DNA of 63,016 nt, filler included, from Folioceros fuciformis (GCA_049999805.1; 12 parts of 12 records of this genome joined end to end with filler, not necessarily neighbours in it), one strand, 5' to 3'; positions 23,854 through 36,063 are shown, counted from the first letter of the whole stretch. Translations and numbers: made by a program. The notes: generated by a model not told the origin, from the sequence alone.

Positions 23854-24051
23854 TAAAGCAAGTGCGGATCATTGAGGGGCACAAGAGGTACGAGCGAAAG
23901 CACGAGAGCGCAGTACAGAAGAATGAAAAACTGTTATTATGTTCACGGGAAATTGCTGAATATATACAATGGTGATAAGTTTGTTGTAATTGTTCATAAA
24001 ACTATTAAAGCATATTCAACCTAACGTATAGGTGAATTAACTATTTCTTCA
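23854..24051 (-). repeat. Copia 5' LTR (TG...TA termini)
   Basis: Directly followed on the minus strand by the PBS TGGTATCAGAGC. Confidence 0.93.
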
Positions 24052-25591
24052 CCTCTTGCATTCCACGGGTGTTGCATGCTCCCCTGCCATGGTTTCGTCG
24101 GTGGTTGGTTCCACTACTCCCATTCCTCTACACTACGGTGGCTGGTTTAGCCACTCCGGTTGTTGTTTCGGCAACCATGGCCAATACCACCATAGTTGCT
24201 GTTCTGGCAACCGTGGCCAATCCCACCACGGTTGCTACTTCGGCCACCACGGCAGCTGAATTCTTTCCCTTCTTCGGTCTTCCTGCCTCACTCATAACCT
24301 TGGCTCTTGTCTCATCCCGTTCCCTTTAATATCTCTCAGCCAGCCTTTTGAATTTCTCCAATGTTGGTGCTGGCTCCTTGGTTGTTAGGGCTTCCTATTT
24401 CACCAGGGCTTCTTAATGAATCCGCCATCACCTTCAACTCCTTCTGTATTTACCCAGCAATTCATCGCTTGCTTGCTTACAGCCCTTTGCTACCTTGTTT
24501 CTACCTTCAACTTCTTCCAGCCTTTCCTTCAGCAGCTTCTCCTGTTGCCCCTGCATGCTGAGCCATGTGAACGTCATTGCGGCCTGGTTGAGAAGGTTTG
24601 CGTGGGTTTAGGCCATAGTTGAGGTCAGCCCCTGTAAATCACTAGTCTGGGTTGTTCTCGTACCCATCTTTTTCCACATCCACTCCCTCACTCGAGCCAT
24701 GCCTCATGCTTCCACTCTTGCTGGACAGTTCAAAGGATTAGCCCTGAAAATATCCTTCCACTCCTTGGAGCCTCTGTTGCCAATGCTAACCATCTTGCAC
24801 CAGCTACTGACTCATTACCCCTTGGCATTTCATTTTTCAGCATTGCGGAGGGAGCAGCCCACCTTTTTGCTTTTCCTTGTTCTTCTTATGGGTTCGTGGT
24901 AGCCTTGGATCTAGTGATCCGAGACGGGGTTGCCACCCCATGTTCGCGTGCTATGGTCTTCTCTCTCTTCGCCACGCTCTACCCTATTGCTTGGCCTTTT
25001 CTCTTCCTAGTCGTCGCGACTTTCCCCTTAGAATCCCCTAGTGGCTCAAGTTCCCAACTGCGGGAGTCCTCCCCGAGACATCTTTAGGCTCTTCCTCCTC
25101 GACTTTGACTTCTCTAACTCGCTTCTAACTATGAAGGGAATACACCACTTCCACTTTGTTAAGCACTTGGTGTGAGCGAAAAGGTGAATAAAGAAGGGTG
25201 AGATGAGGGAGGGATGGGGAGAAGTCATCAACAAATTGACTCTCCTCATAGGCACGCTCGAAAATAATTCGATTCTAGTCCACTTGTGCACCAATGACCA
25301 CCTCATGGAGAAAGACCGGAAAATGGTCAGCCATGTAGTCTAACTTCTTGCTCTACAAGAAGCATAGGATCCATTTAGCCAACCCCACCAATTATGCTGA
25401 AATCAGTTGCCGAACCACCCATCCATAGCCAACCCCACCAATTGTGCTGAAATCAGTTGCCGAACCACCCATCCATTGTTAGTTCTCACCTTTCTGGCTT
25501 CATAAGCTAGGCTATTGTAGCTTTCAAGGTCTGATAAGATGGAGTGATGATGATAGTGTTTCCTATGGCTACTTTTGACTCGCTCCCTCCC
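24052..25591 (-). mobile_element. Repeat family copy B, part right of the Copia insertion
   Basis: Minus-strand fragments GLAKWILCFL..KK.DY..DH..VFLHEVV.G..VD*.RIIFER..EES and KRVREVK are paralogous to 15234-15695; contains a 50-bp tandem duplication at ~25370-25477. Confidence 0.75.
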
Positions 25592-25691
25592 NNNNNNNNN
25601 NNNNNNNNNNNNNNNNNNNNNNNNNNNNNNNNNNNTTAATTAATTAANNNNNNNNNNNNNNNNNNNNNNNNNNNNNNNNNNNNNNNNNNNN
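25592..25691. other. Artificial contig linker
   Basis: 44 N + TTAATTAATTAA + 44 N. Confidence 0.99.
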
Positions 25692-25710
25692 GGCTATCTA
25701 GGAGGGGGAG

Positions 25711-25955
25711 GGGCGCCACGCAGGTGCCACCTCGACGCCATGTGAGAGCCACTTGGGTGCCACCGGGCGCCACATCAGCGCCATACGGGCCCCACCTAGG
25801 CGCCATGTGAGCGCCAGCGGGCGCCACATCAGCTCCGCTTGGGCACCACCTAGGCGCCACTTGGGCGCGACTTGGCACCACTTGGGCGCCACGTAGGTGC
25901 CACTTGGGCACCACTAAGGCGCCACCTAGGCGCCACCGGGCACCACGTGGGTGCC
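25711..25955. repeat. GC-rich degenerate tandem array built on GGCGCCAC / GGTGCCAC / GGCACCAC
   Basis: Many short GG(C/T)(G/A)CCA(C/T) units spaced ~11-14 bp apart, upstream of a Copia gag. Confidence 0.85.
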
Positions 25956-26243
25956 CGTGACGCGCGAAACGAGCGTGCCAGTGAAGCGAGGACCCGATTG
26001 ACGAGCGCCGGAAAGTGAACAAATCGCAGACGCCGGGAGCGAGAGTGTGGGCGCCGTATTGACCCCGGCTGAGGAAGTCAGGATCTCGATCAGACGTAGG
26101 AGGACATTCCTGTTATGAGCGACAGAGGCCCAAGTTGTGGACATACGATTCGGAAGAAGTTGTGAGGGTAACCTGTAGAATCTACTTTTCATTTCGACCA
26201 ATTTCAAACTAGCTTTTTGGTTGATTTGGATCGATTTTGAAGC

Positions 26244-28599
26244 ATGACGTCCTCAGAAAACATCATGTTCAATATCGAGAAGTTAGATGGTACTAACTTC
26301 CCGTTCTGGAAAGAACAAGTGTATAATGTTCTAGTACAGAAGAAGCAGATCAAGCCCATCAAGCTGCTAGGAGTGAAACCTGTTAGCATGACTCACGATG
26401 AGTGGCAGGATCTAGATGAGCTTGCTAGGTCTACCATCATGCTAACAGTGTCGAAGTCGATATACTTCAACGTGAAAGACAAGACCACAAGTTTCGAGCT
26501 ATGGCAGAAGCTGTGTGACTTGTATGAGAAGCAAAGTGCGGCTTCTCAGGTGTATTGGTTGAAACAGCTAGTGGACTTGAAGATGAAGGAAGGGACGAGG
26601 ATGTCCGATCATCTGAATGAGTTCAATACCATTTTCAGCCAACTCTCATCTCAAGGTATCTCGTTCCCAGATTCCGTGAGAGCTATGTTTCTGTTGGTCA
26701 CATTACCAGAGAGCTGGGACACCTTCCGTACGGCTCTGAGTAATTCCGCTCCTGCCAGTGTTCTTACCGTTGTAAATGTAGAAGGTAGCCTGTTAACAGA
26801 GGAGGTGAACAGGAAGAATATGGAACCTTCAAAAGGTTCTAATGCCCTCATGGTGAGAAGAAGGTCCACTTCAAAGGGGAAGTACAAGGAGCGAAGTTCT
26901 TCCCGTAGCAAATCTCGTTGTCGTAACAATGTTGAGTGTTACCATTGTCACAAGAAGGGTCACATCAGAAGGGACTGCGAGAAGTTCAAGAAGGAAAAAG
27001 GCAAGGAGAAGAAGCAGAGCGACAACAAGGCAGATTCGAGTATCGAGCGTGATGAGGTGAACTCTGTTGACGATGAAGATGTTCTTATCTCTTCTTCTTT
27101 TGGTTCTGCACAACTGACAGCCATGGAGAGTCACTTATTCTCTAATTGGATAATTGACTCTGGAGCATCTTTCCATGTTACTCCGCATAGGGAGTGGTTT
27201 AGCACTTATGATGCTACTAGGAAAGGACGTGTTCGTCTTGGAAATAACTACGCGTGCGAGATAGCAGGCGTTGGTGATGTGCAGCTGAAGTTCGACAACG
27301 GATCTTCATTCACACTAAAGGATGTCAGGCATGTTCCGAAGTTGACCAAAAGCATGATTAGCGCAGGGCAGTTGGATGACGCTGGCTACCACTGTTGGTT
27401 TGGAGATCGTTCGTGGAAGATCTCCAAAGGTTCTCTTGTGATAGCTCGTGGATCAAAGTGTGGCACTTTGTACTCACTTCAGGTAACCACTGTCAAGGAT
27501 CATGTGATTTGTGTAGCGGAACAGCCAAGTGTTTCCTTGTGGCATAGTCGGTTAGGACATATGTCTCAGAAAGGAATGAAGATCTTATCTCGTTTTGGTT
27601 ACGTCCCTGCTCTTGACTTCTCCGATTTCTCCGTGTGTGAGCACTGTTTGTATGGAAAACAGACGAAGTCACCACATGGAGCAAGAGGTAAACACAAAAG
27701 TAAACCTCTTGAATTGGTTCACAGTGACATTTGTGGACCTATGCCCACTGTGTCATTAGGCGGTGCATCTTATTTTGTCACTTTCATTGATGACTTCTCA
27801 CGCAAGGTGTGGGTTTATCCTTTGAGGAAAAAGGATGATGTTCTGACAGTGTTTCAGAAATTTGTCACCCTTGTGGAGAATGAGTCTGGCCTCCGACTGA
27901 AGTGTCTAAGGACAGACAATGGGGGAGAGTATGTCTCGAAGGCTTTCCAGTCATTCTGTGATTCCAAGGGAATCAAGAGAGAATTGACTGCACCGTATAC
28001 TCCTCCCCGGTGTGGCTGAGCAGATGAACAGGACCATCCAGGAGAGGATGCGTAGTTTGTTGTCAAACTCTGGATTGCCTAACGGATTTTGGGCAGAAGC
28101 GGTGGTTACGGCAGTGCATCTTATTAACAAATCTCCTAATAGGGCTGAGGATGAACAGGTTCTAGAGGAGATGTGGTCTGGAAAGAAGCCGTCATACAAA
28201 CATCTACGAGTGTTTGGCTGCGAGGCATACTACCATGTTCCGAAGGAGTTTCGCGACAAGTTGGCTCCTAAGTCAAAAAAATGTATTTTTCTTGGCTGTG
28301 GTGAATCTGGTGAGATGGGATACCGTCTCTGGGATCCGAAAGCCAAGAGGATGGTTCGCAGCAATGATGTGTTCTTCAATGAGACCAAGATGCACAAGAA
28401 GCCTACTCAAACTGTGGAGGTGCGACGGGTGGTCTTCCAAGAAGATGGACTTGACCGTCCCGCGCAGGCTGAACATCGTGATGTGCAGGAACAAGTTCCT
28501 CCACTTGTAGACGAGGAGAGAGTGCAACCAGCTCCGGTCGAGGCGCTAGTGCTTCGTAGGTCAGGAAGGATCTCACGTCCTCCTGACAGGTATGTTGCA
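26244..28599 (+). mobile_element. Ty1/Copia (Tnt1/Tork-like) gag-protease-integrase, 3'-truncated by the contig edge, with one frameshift
   Basis: IEKLDGTNF..WK, zinc knuckle CYHCHKKGHIRRDC, WIIDSGASFH, LWHSRLGHMS, HSDICGP, FIDDFSRK, RTDNGGEY. A small deletion at ~28008 breaks the TPxQNGVAE motif; the frame resumes VAEQMNRTI...FWAEAV...HLRVFGC. Confidence 0.95.
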
Positions 28600-28699
28600 N
28601 NNNNNNNNNNNNNNNNNNNNNNNNNNNNNNNNNNNNNNNNNNNTTAATTAATTAANNNNNNNNNNNNNNNNNNNNNNNNNNNNNNNNNNNNNNNNNNNN
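28600..28699. other. Artificial contig linker
   Basis: 44 N + TTAATTAATTAA + 44 N. Confidence 0.99.
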
Positions 28700-28935
28700 A
28701 AAATAGTTAGGTTCTCGGTCTTCTCAGAGTGAAGACGAATGGTCCTCTTCATCATCGTGTTTTTCCCCATCGACACCACAGACTCAGGCCTCAACCCCTT
28801 CCTGATGGCCTGCAGCTGATTGGAGCCGACATTGTCAGCAGCACAAATCAGGACCTGACTATATTCCTCTAACAGGTCGCACATCTTCCTGTCGTAAGCC
28901 AGTTTCCTCTCATACTTGTTGCGCTTGAAACCCAT
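28700..28935 (-). CDS. RPP0: 60S acidic ribosomal protein P0 (uL10), N-terminal part, 3'-truncated
   Basis: [52 protein letters not shown] at 28935 follows a probable 5' UTR intron (donor GTGAGT ~29304, acceptor ~28941). Confidence 0.92.
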
Positions 28936-29572
28936 TGCTCCTGCAAATGACAAGTACTAAAGTTAGCTTCAGTATTACAGTGGCAAAAAGAGACATAATT
29001 CGATCGTTATATAGTGACTGAAAACGGATTACTAGGACCCGAAAACTCAGCATTACCTTCAAGAGTTTACCTGTTAGCCAATTGTACCTAGAGCGTGTTC
29101 TAGCTAAAAAGCAAGCATAAGATACTCGGAAAGCTGAGCAACTGATAAAAACACTATCACACCTCGTTAGAAGGATGCTGAAAGGTCCTGGCAAACAAAC
29201 GCTCCACTTCACCGGCAAAGGATACAAGATCAATTCCTCGAACTACGGACTGCAAGAAACTGGGGGCCAAGCCGAGCGTGGTCGGACATGGCGGGCAGAC
29301 TCACTGCCAATTAAACCCCAGAGTACGAGATGCGCTGAAGAAGGGAGAGCGCAAAGCCGCAGCGAGAAAGAGGCCCAATTGAAGGCTCCCCCGACAATTT
29401 CAACAGCCAATATTTTGGGTTTTTGAGGTTCGTATCCTCATGCCTTACTTTCACCTTACGATTTCGACAGCCAATGTGTAGGATTTTGGCGCACACCCTT
29501 CAACCCGAAGCCTTACCCAAGGTACCGTGTGCACTTGGAGACATGGCTAAGAGCAAGCGGAAACGAGAAGAT

Positions 29573-30830
29573 TGTTAGAACCACATTATTACATCGATCT
29601 TTTTAATAAAGACGCAACCCTGTTTCTTAACATGGTAAGAAAGCCTTGGTTCGAGAGCCTTACAATTTCATACTTTTGAGAAAGTCTCTTTGAGAGTTGA
29701 ATGCTTGGATTGATTCCTTGTGCTAATTCTTCACCTTTTTTTTTTTTTTGTGAGAACTTGTATATGCAATTGCATAGTCCTTAGCTTTGTGCTTGTGAGA
29801 ACTTGTGTGTGATTGTGAAGGACTTAATAGCAATCCTCTTGATGGAAGTAAAAGATGGTGACAACAAGCATAAGACATATTTGGTGGAGAAGTTTGAAGG
29901 CAAGAACTTCAGGTTATGGAAGTTAAAATTGAAGATGCTTCTCATGGATTAAGGATTATGAAAGTTTGTTAACAAAGGCCTTGAGAAGACACATACTGAA
30001 GTAGGCATCGAGAAAGATAGGCATGTGCTAGTGACAATCCAAGTTCTCAATGTGTCTAATGACATGCTCTCTCAATTAAGTGAGTGTGTTACCTCAAAGG
30101 AGATATGAAGCACCTTGTGCAACATATATGAAAAGAGAAGCTTGGTCAGTAAGATGATTCTAGTGCAACAACTTGCCAATGTCAAGGTGGTCGACGGTAA
30201 CACTATTTAATAACATATCAACAAGCTGAAGAGCTTGGTGGATCAAATGAGGGTCGTCAACATCAAACCCTTCTAAAGGGAAGATGATTGTGGTGTTGTT
30301 AAGTAGTCTGCAATCTACTCGTAAGCAATTTGTGCTAGCCTTCAGAACATCAATGGCAATGCAACTAAGTGACAAACCAGCAACATGAGAGGAGGTGGTT
30401 GGGCTACTCTTGCAAGAGGAGATGGAGAATTCCTTCAAAGAATTAAAAAAAAAGATTCAATATTCTTCTCAAAGAAGAGAACAACATGTGGGAAGATCTC
30501 ACAAACCAACTCTAGAGAAGAACCAAAGAAGAAAGGAGGGAAGAAAAAGGTGTGGGCTACTTGCCATTATTGTAAAAGGCCTAACCAGTATGTGAAGGAT
30601 TGTAGAATAAGATTGCCTATTTGAAGAAGAAGAGAAAGGAATTGCAAGCCAGTAAGTGAATAAGAATCGATGTCTTAACAATAGAGAGGACGCAAGAAGG
30701 CTCATCAAAGTAGGATGAGAGTTTATATCTTGACTCACGAGCATCTAAACAATTTACGTTCAGTCGGCCTAAGCCATGAAGAAAAGCCCCTAGCTTATGA
30801 AGGATATAGATTGGAGCCTTAGTAAGCAAC
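29573..30830 (+). mobile_element. Decayed Ty1/Copia remnant (short LTR relic, PBS, gag)
   Basis: TGTTAG...TTAACA at 29573-29632, then the degenerate PBS TGGTAAGAAAGC; gag VEKFEGKNFRLWKLKLKMLL with many stops; knuckle CHYCKRPNQYVKDC at ~30560-30603. Confidence 0.8.
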
Positions 30831-31484
30831 AAGGTGTCATTTTAACCTTGTCCCAAGCTTGGTCCTCATATGTGTAAAAAACAATCGTGGACCATAAGTT
30901 CTTCAAAAGTTCAGACCTTAGCCACGGTTCGCTTTTTATTCGGGTGTTGAAGGTTTAAAACAGGTTCAATTTATAATTAGTAAATTATTTAGCTTTATAT
31001 CTAAGGGTTTATAATTATTATTGACACATGGGCGCATTTTATAATTGATATAGTCATAAAGACACCTCATGGATCCATGGACCATGTCTTTATTTATCTA
31101 ATACCATCTATGGCACTTATTAATATAGCCCTTATTCTATGAGATTTTATTCGCCCATTTTGATACATCTGTAAAAAGTGGATATACAATATTCTATTTT
31201 AAATGTAGTTATTAATATACATAATAATTTGTTGATATGCACGCTCATCCACGAAGATGGACTAAGATATGGTATCTCAACCATAGGCTTAAATAGGACT
31301 CTTATCCTATCATATTATGAATAGACACCCTTCAAGAACACATAAGGTTGCAATACCAACAATTGGAGCATCACTCATTGTGGTGTGCTTGTTGTTCTTT
31401 CGTGGTAAGAGTTCTTCTTTTCTAGAGATCATCTCTGTTTGAGCTCTTGTCTTATAAAGCTTCGTTTTTTTGGTTCTTCATTTG

Positions 31485-31486
<2 letters not shown>

Positions 31487-31526
<40 letters not shown>
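31487..31526. repeat. (TA)n microsatellite at the contig end
   Basis: About 20 TA units running into the linker. Confidence 0.97.
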
Positions 31527-31626
31527 NNNNNNNNNNNNNNNNNNNNNNNNNNNNNNNNNNNNNNNNNNNNTTAATTAATTAANNNNNNNNNNNNNNNNNN
31601 NNNNNNNNNNNNNNNNNNNNNNNNNN
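31527..31626. other. Artificial contig linker
   Basis: 44 N + TTAATTAATTAA + 44 N. Confidence 0.99.
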
Positions 31627-31754
31627 GATTGCAACACAACAGCAAGAGTGCACCCAGTGTATCTGCGTGACCGAATGCATGATGTGATCAAGAGGACCAA
31701 CGCAGCGAAAGAACAACACTGCGTCTGCACACAAACACCGAAACGGCAGCTCAC

Positions 31755-31952
31755 CATTTTGAACTCCTCGAATTGGTCAGCAAGATCTTCCACTTCATGA
31801 GGCTCATCCTTCCCATGGTAAGGATTAAACTCCAACGGAGACAACTTGGACCGCTTCCCAGACGAGGGACGACGACGCACTCCAACGAAGTAACCGGCTG
31901 CCAGACAACCTGCTCCCACCACCAACAGCTCCCAAACTGTTGACTCCACCAT
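31755..31952 (-). CDS. PTH2: Peptidyl-tRNA hydrolase 2, first coding exon (remainder beyond the contig edge)
   Basis: N-terminal TM segment (LLVVGAGCLAAGYFVG), then EP.EVE.LA..FEEFKM ending at a GTGAG donor; in plant PTH2 this precedes VLVVRNDLKMGKGK. The catalytic part is not visible. Confidence 0.75.
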
Positions 31953-32781
31953 TTCTACAACCCTCCCGCTTCCGGCAGCTTCCGTCACCCAATCACTCCA
32001 CGTTGCACCGCATCTTGCACCCGACCCCTTGCAGACCTCAGAGTTGTCTTCACACGTTACACCTTCCTTCGGTGCGGGAGATGGCCAACCCTAAGCATCG
32101 ATTCCATCGGCTGCCATGTTCAGGGACGCACATACCACGTTTTTGTCATCGCCGGCTGCCTCTGCCCTTCCTCATCGACCTTGTTCATGCTTTCACTCCA
32201 ATCTCAACCCCCTCCATGCTCCGCAGATCGTCTGCTTTGCTTTCCTGACTGGATCACCAGATTTCCCAGCTCATGCTCGGCTCACGAGTCCGTTGTTGGA
32301 ATTCCAGAACGTTTTCATCGCTAGATGTGCATCAAAATATCAATCACAAGTAAAGCTCGTGTTGGTAAACTCATTCCTCGTAACCAAACATATTAGAGGA
32401 AGCAAACTTTATAAATATATAATCCAATTCCCATTTCTGGATTGTTAGCTTCAAGCTATCAGTCCTTAGTGGACTTCAATAGAGTTCTTCTTCTATCCAC
32501 AGTTCTCTAATATATATTATTATCAGATAATTTTAATATTTATCAAACTATCGAAGTAAGCAATCTATTTGATTAGATTATCGGAAGTTGAACTGCTTTT
32601 CTTGCTATATATGTCAGTGATCACTGAGGGAACAGCTTGATTAGAAGGATACTGTTAATATATATTTTTCTTACCAGTATCTTCTTGAGAGCCAAAGTCT
32701 TTTTGTTTCATGCTTGTGTGACTATTGGACAAGAGATTTGTTGGGCAGCATTACTCTTATGTTCTATGAACTATTGATAGT

Positions 32782-34326
32782 ATGGAGTACAGAAATTGGC
32801 TAATCTTTCTTGTGTTCCTCTCCATAAGCACATGTTTCCAGCTCGCAGTTCAAGCAAGTGGTGCAGAGGTGAATTATGCTCTGTGTCACCATGTTGTGGA
32901 GTCTTGGGCGCAAAGGGAGCATCTTAAGATGAATGAAGGTCTGATACAGCCTCAGGAGTCTTTCAAGATGAAGGACTTGCTATTCTTTTTGCATATTCCT
33001 CGCACTGGTGGTCGTACTCTTGCGCAATGTGCAGTGCAAACTTTTTTCAAAGGGAAAGAGAGATGTCTGAATTCCTATGACAAGTGGCGTTTTGATGTTG
33101 ATAAACCCAACTGTAGGGTGATATCTACGCATGATGATTATAGCATCACTACAAGGTTACCTCAAGGGCGTACTTCAGTTATTGTGAGCATGAGAGATCC
33201 ATTGCATAGGGTGCTCAGTGCCTATGAGTTTGCTATTGAAGTTGGAGGAAGAGATGCTAATTTGCCATTGCAAACAAGACAAGAACAACAAAGTGCAAAT
33301 GCATTAGCCAAAGCAGATGAGGATGATCCTAATACAATTAGCACGTTTAATGTGTGGCCTTGGAGGTATTTGGCACCTTTTTTCCAAGAGGATATACGCA
33401 ATAGGAAAGCTCTCTCTCATAGTAATGAACAGGGTTTGGATGTGAAGGAGATTGTTGACAAAGATTTTGTGGAAAGTGTATCCATTGATGAGCATGCAAA
33501 ACTTGTTGGTAGCCCTTATAATATGCCAGAAATTGTGATGCCTCTTGATCAGTTTTTGAGGCAGCCAATAGCTATGGAGCTTATACACAATGGAGCAACA
33601 TTTCAAGTGGTCGGATTGTCCAACAATTCCATTATTGGTAGTGCTGGAAATCTTCGGCATTGCGTGCAACAATACAATTCACTTGGAAATAGTGTTCTCT
33701 CTGTGGCTAAGCGGAAGTTGGATAAAATGTTATTTGTAGGCTTGACTGAGCAGCATGAAGCTTCTGCAAGGATGATTCTACAAATTATATCTCAAAACAT
33801 GTTATCTAGTCATAATTTGGGAGACAATGATCAGCACTTGTCAAACAATGGTTCTGCAACTACAAGCAATCAAAGTGGAATGGATATGAAGGAACCAATG
33901 GAAAAATACAGGACATGTCTGAAGCATTTGAGATCAACACATGATGAACGCCTCCAAGCTGATCTTCACAAGGTTTCCTTGAACTTTTCAAAGGAACATA
34001 GGAATGAGTTGCCACAGTCTATTGTCAAGGATATCTTGGACCTGAATGCATTGGATGTCGAGTTATACAACTATGCCAAAGACATGTTTGAGAAGCAGAA
34101 GATGTTGTTGTTGTCTCTAAAGATGGACACTCAATACAAATCTTCTAAGCAAGTACAAACAAGGCTATCCATCTTATCAACTAGTGTTGTAACACTTTGT
34201 TTGACTATCATCTTGCCACTTATATGGCTTGTATGTATACTAAAAATGCAGGTGAAGCAAACATACTTCAAGCAACAAAACAATTTGAGCTTGCTAAGCC
34301 ATCACTCCAGAAACACTCGGTGCTAA
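32782..34326 (+). CDS. TPST: Plant-type tyrosylprotein sulfotransferase, intronless, 514 aa
   Basis: Signal peptide; LLFFLHIPRTGGRT (5'-PSB); SYDK.RFD..K.NCR...THDDYS; RDP..RVLSAYEF..EV (3'-PB); WPWRYL.P; HNGATFQV.GL; LD.MLFVGLTE.H..SA; LN.LDVELY; C-terminal TM helix. Confidence 0.92.
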   Translation: MEYRNWLIFLVFLSISTCFQLAVQASGAEVNYALCHHVVESWAQREHLKMNEGLIQPQESFKMKDLLFFLHIPRTGGRTLAQCAVQTFFKGKERCLNSYDKWRFDVDKPNCRVISTHDDYSITTRLPQGRTSVIVSMRDPLHRVLSAYEFAIEVGGRDANLPLQTRQEQQSANALAKADEDDPNTISTFNVWPWRYLAPFFQEDIRNRKALSHSNEQGLDVKEIVDKDFVESVSIDEHAKLVGSPYNMPEIVMPLDQFLRQPIAMELIHNGATFQVVGLSNNSIIGSAGNLRHCVQQYNSLGNSVLSVAKRKLDKMLFVGLTEQHEASARMILQIISQNMLSSHNLGDNDQHLSNNGSATTSNQSGMDMKEPMEKYRTCLKHLRSTHDERLQADLHKVSLNFSKEHRNELPQSIVKDILDLNALDVELYNYAKDMFEKQKMLLLSLKMDTQYKSSKQVQTRLSILSTSVVTLCLTIILPLIWLVCILKMQVKQTYFKQQNNLSLLSHHSRNTRC

Positions 34327-34788
34327 ATAGCCTATGAGTTTCTATCTCATCTTTTCATTTGTTCTACCTTCCCTTGCGTTCAATCCTACTAGTACCCACC
34401 TTTGTATTCATCTGTTTTTCATTGTGGCTGAGGATAGGCCCAACTAATGTATCCAAAGATTGGTGTAACCAGTATCCTTGTGTGTGACGTGAAACCTTAC
34501 AAAACCCTTTGTTTGAGCTCAATAGAAGAGCAAAATGCATCCATCCATGAAACTATCCTTGAGTTTGATAGAGAATATTGTTCTTCTATGAGGAACCCTC
34601 TTTGGAGAGCCTTTGCCTCAATAGTCAACATTCTTTTGGTTAAGTCTCTAAAACATGCGTATCTATTTAATAAAATATTTCATTATAATCTAAGCCCTAA
34701 ACCCTAAATCCTAAATTCTTAACCATAAATTAATTATGATATTCAACATTTGTCATCAACCCTTCCTAGGACCTCCATTCCAAGCAAT

Positions 34789-34851
34789 CTCCTCTATCGA
34801 GGACTGGGTTGGTTGGTAGCCTCCTCTGTCGAGGACTAGGTTGGTTGGTAG
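34789..34851. repeat. 31-bp tandem duplication
   Basis: ctcctct(a/g)tcgaggact(g/a)ggttggttggtag at 34789 and 34821. Confidence 0.85.
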
Positions 34852-36063
34852 ATGTGACTACTTTAACACACTACCATACCCTGAGGAGTGATTTAGCATT
34901 AAGTAATTATAATTTATAAATATTGAAAATTAAAAAAATATTGTGATGGAAACTAGTTTCGCAAAATGCCAAAAATGCGTGGCTCAACTTCACAGACGGG
35001 TGTCATCATTTGTGAAGCTGGAAGTCGTTTGTGAACAAGAGTTTCTTTCCTGGACTTGGATTTCACGAAGGATGGGCATTGAGCAGCTGGGCATTGAGTG
35101 GTGATGCTAAGCATGGAGACGGGAGTTTGCAGCAAGATGTTCCCCTTTCAAATGCTAACCCTTGGAGCATTTCCCTAACGGGAAGTAGAAGCTCTCTAAG
35201 GCAATTAGGTGCCTTAGTGCAGATGAGAGGAAGGAGTTAGGAATGAAATGCAAGTGGATGATTAACACTGGAAGACTAAAGTGGCTAAACTTGCAGGGAA
35301 TGCGTTCAAAGCTGGTAAAGTACGTGCCAGAGACAATAGTCATTGGTAAGGAGAGTGTAGGCCCCTGAAGGTGGCAAGGAGAAGGGTCGTCCAGAGTATG
35401 GTAGAAAGGTAGCTCCAACTCTAAGACTTTTAAGTCCCAGCAACTCCATTAGGGTGGATTTGGCAAGTAGTCATTGTGCAAATCCTTAGAGATGAAGAAC
35501 CTCTTCCATTTGCACCAGCCCAACATTTTGTTGTGATCTGTATTGTTAGTGCGAGTTGGAAGTGTTGGATGATAATCAAGTTGCCCAGAAAGGAGACAAT
35601 GTTTTGGCTGGAAGAGTACGGGAATTGCAGGTCACTTCGGCTTCTCTTGAGGTTATGTTGCTATTCAAGTTCTCGAGGTGATATCCATCTCCTTTTTGCT
35701 GAAATGCTTGAGCAACCCCATCTAATGCAGATGTCATTGTAATTCTCAACAGAGTAGTTTCCATTCTTTTATGATGCAAACCCAGATTTCTCGAAATGGC
35801 AATGGGATTATCTAAGTCAGCCCCGCATGACAAACCTTGCCTTCCATCGTTAAAAATAGGCTAAGGTGCAGAGCCTGGATACAATGTGCTTCCAGCCCTG
35901 GAAACTTATCCCTAACCGAAAAAGTATGCACCATTCCGTCCAAGTTAGACCACCAAGTCTAGCCTAGTTGCTTCCATGCCCCGATTTGCAGTCTCCTTGC
36001 CTATATCTCATGCACCTTCTCCCACTTCTAAGCACCCTTGTATATGTTGGATATCAATGTATA

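Larger units (their letters stand above)
17544..24051 (-). mobile_element. Full-length Ty1/Copia LTR retrotransposon (degenerate), nested in repeat copy B
   Basis: LTRs 17544-17742 and 23854-24051; TSD CCTCT at 17539-17543 and 24052-24056; PBS TGGTATCAGAGC (tRNA-iMet) at 23853-23842; PPT AGAGGGAG at 17750-17743; domain order gag-PR-INT-RT-RH. Confidence 0.96.

Noticed and set aside
34691-34730. Telomere-like CCCTAAA run
   Set aside because: Only 2-3 degenerate units; a common interstitial motif, not a chromosome end.
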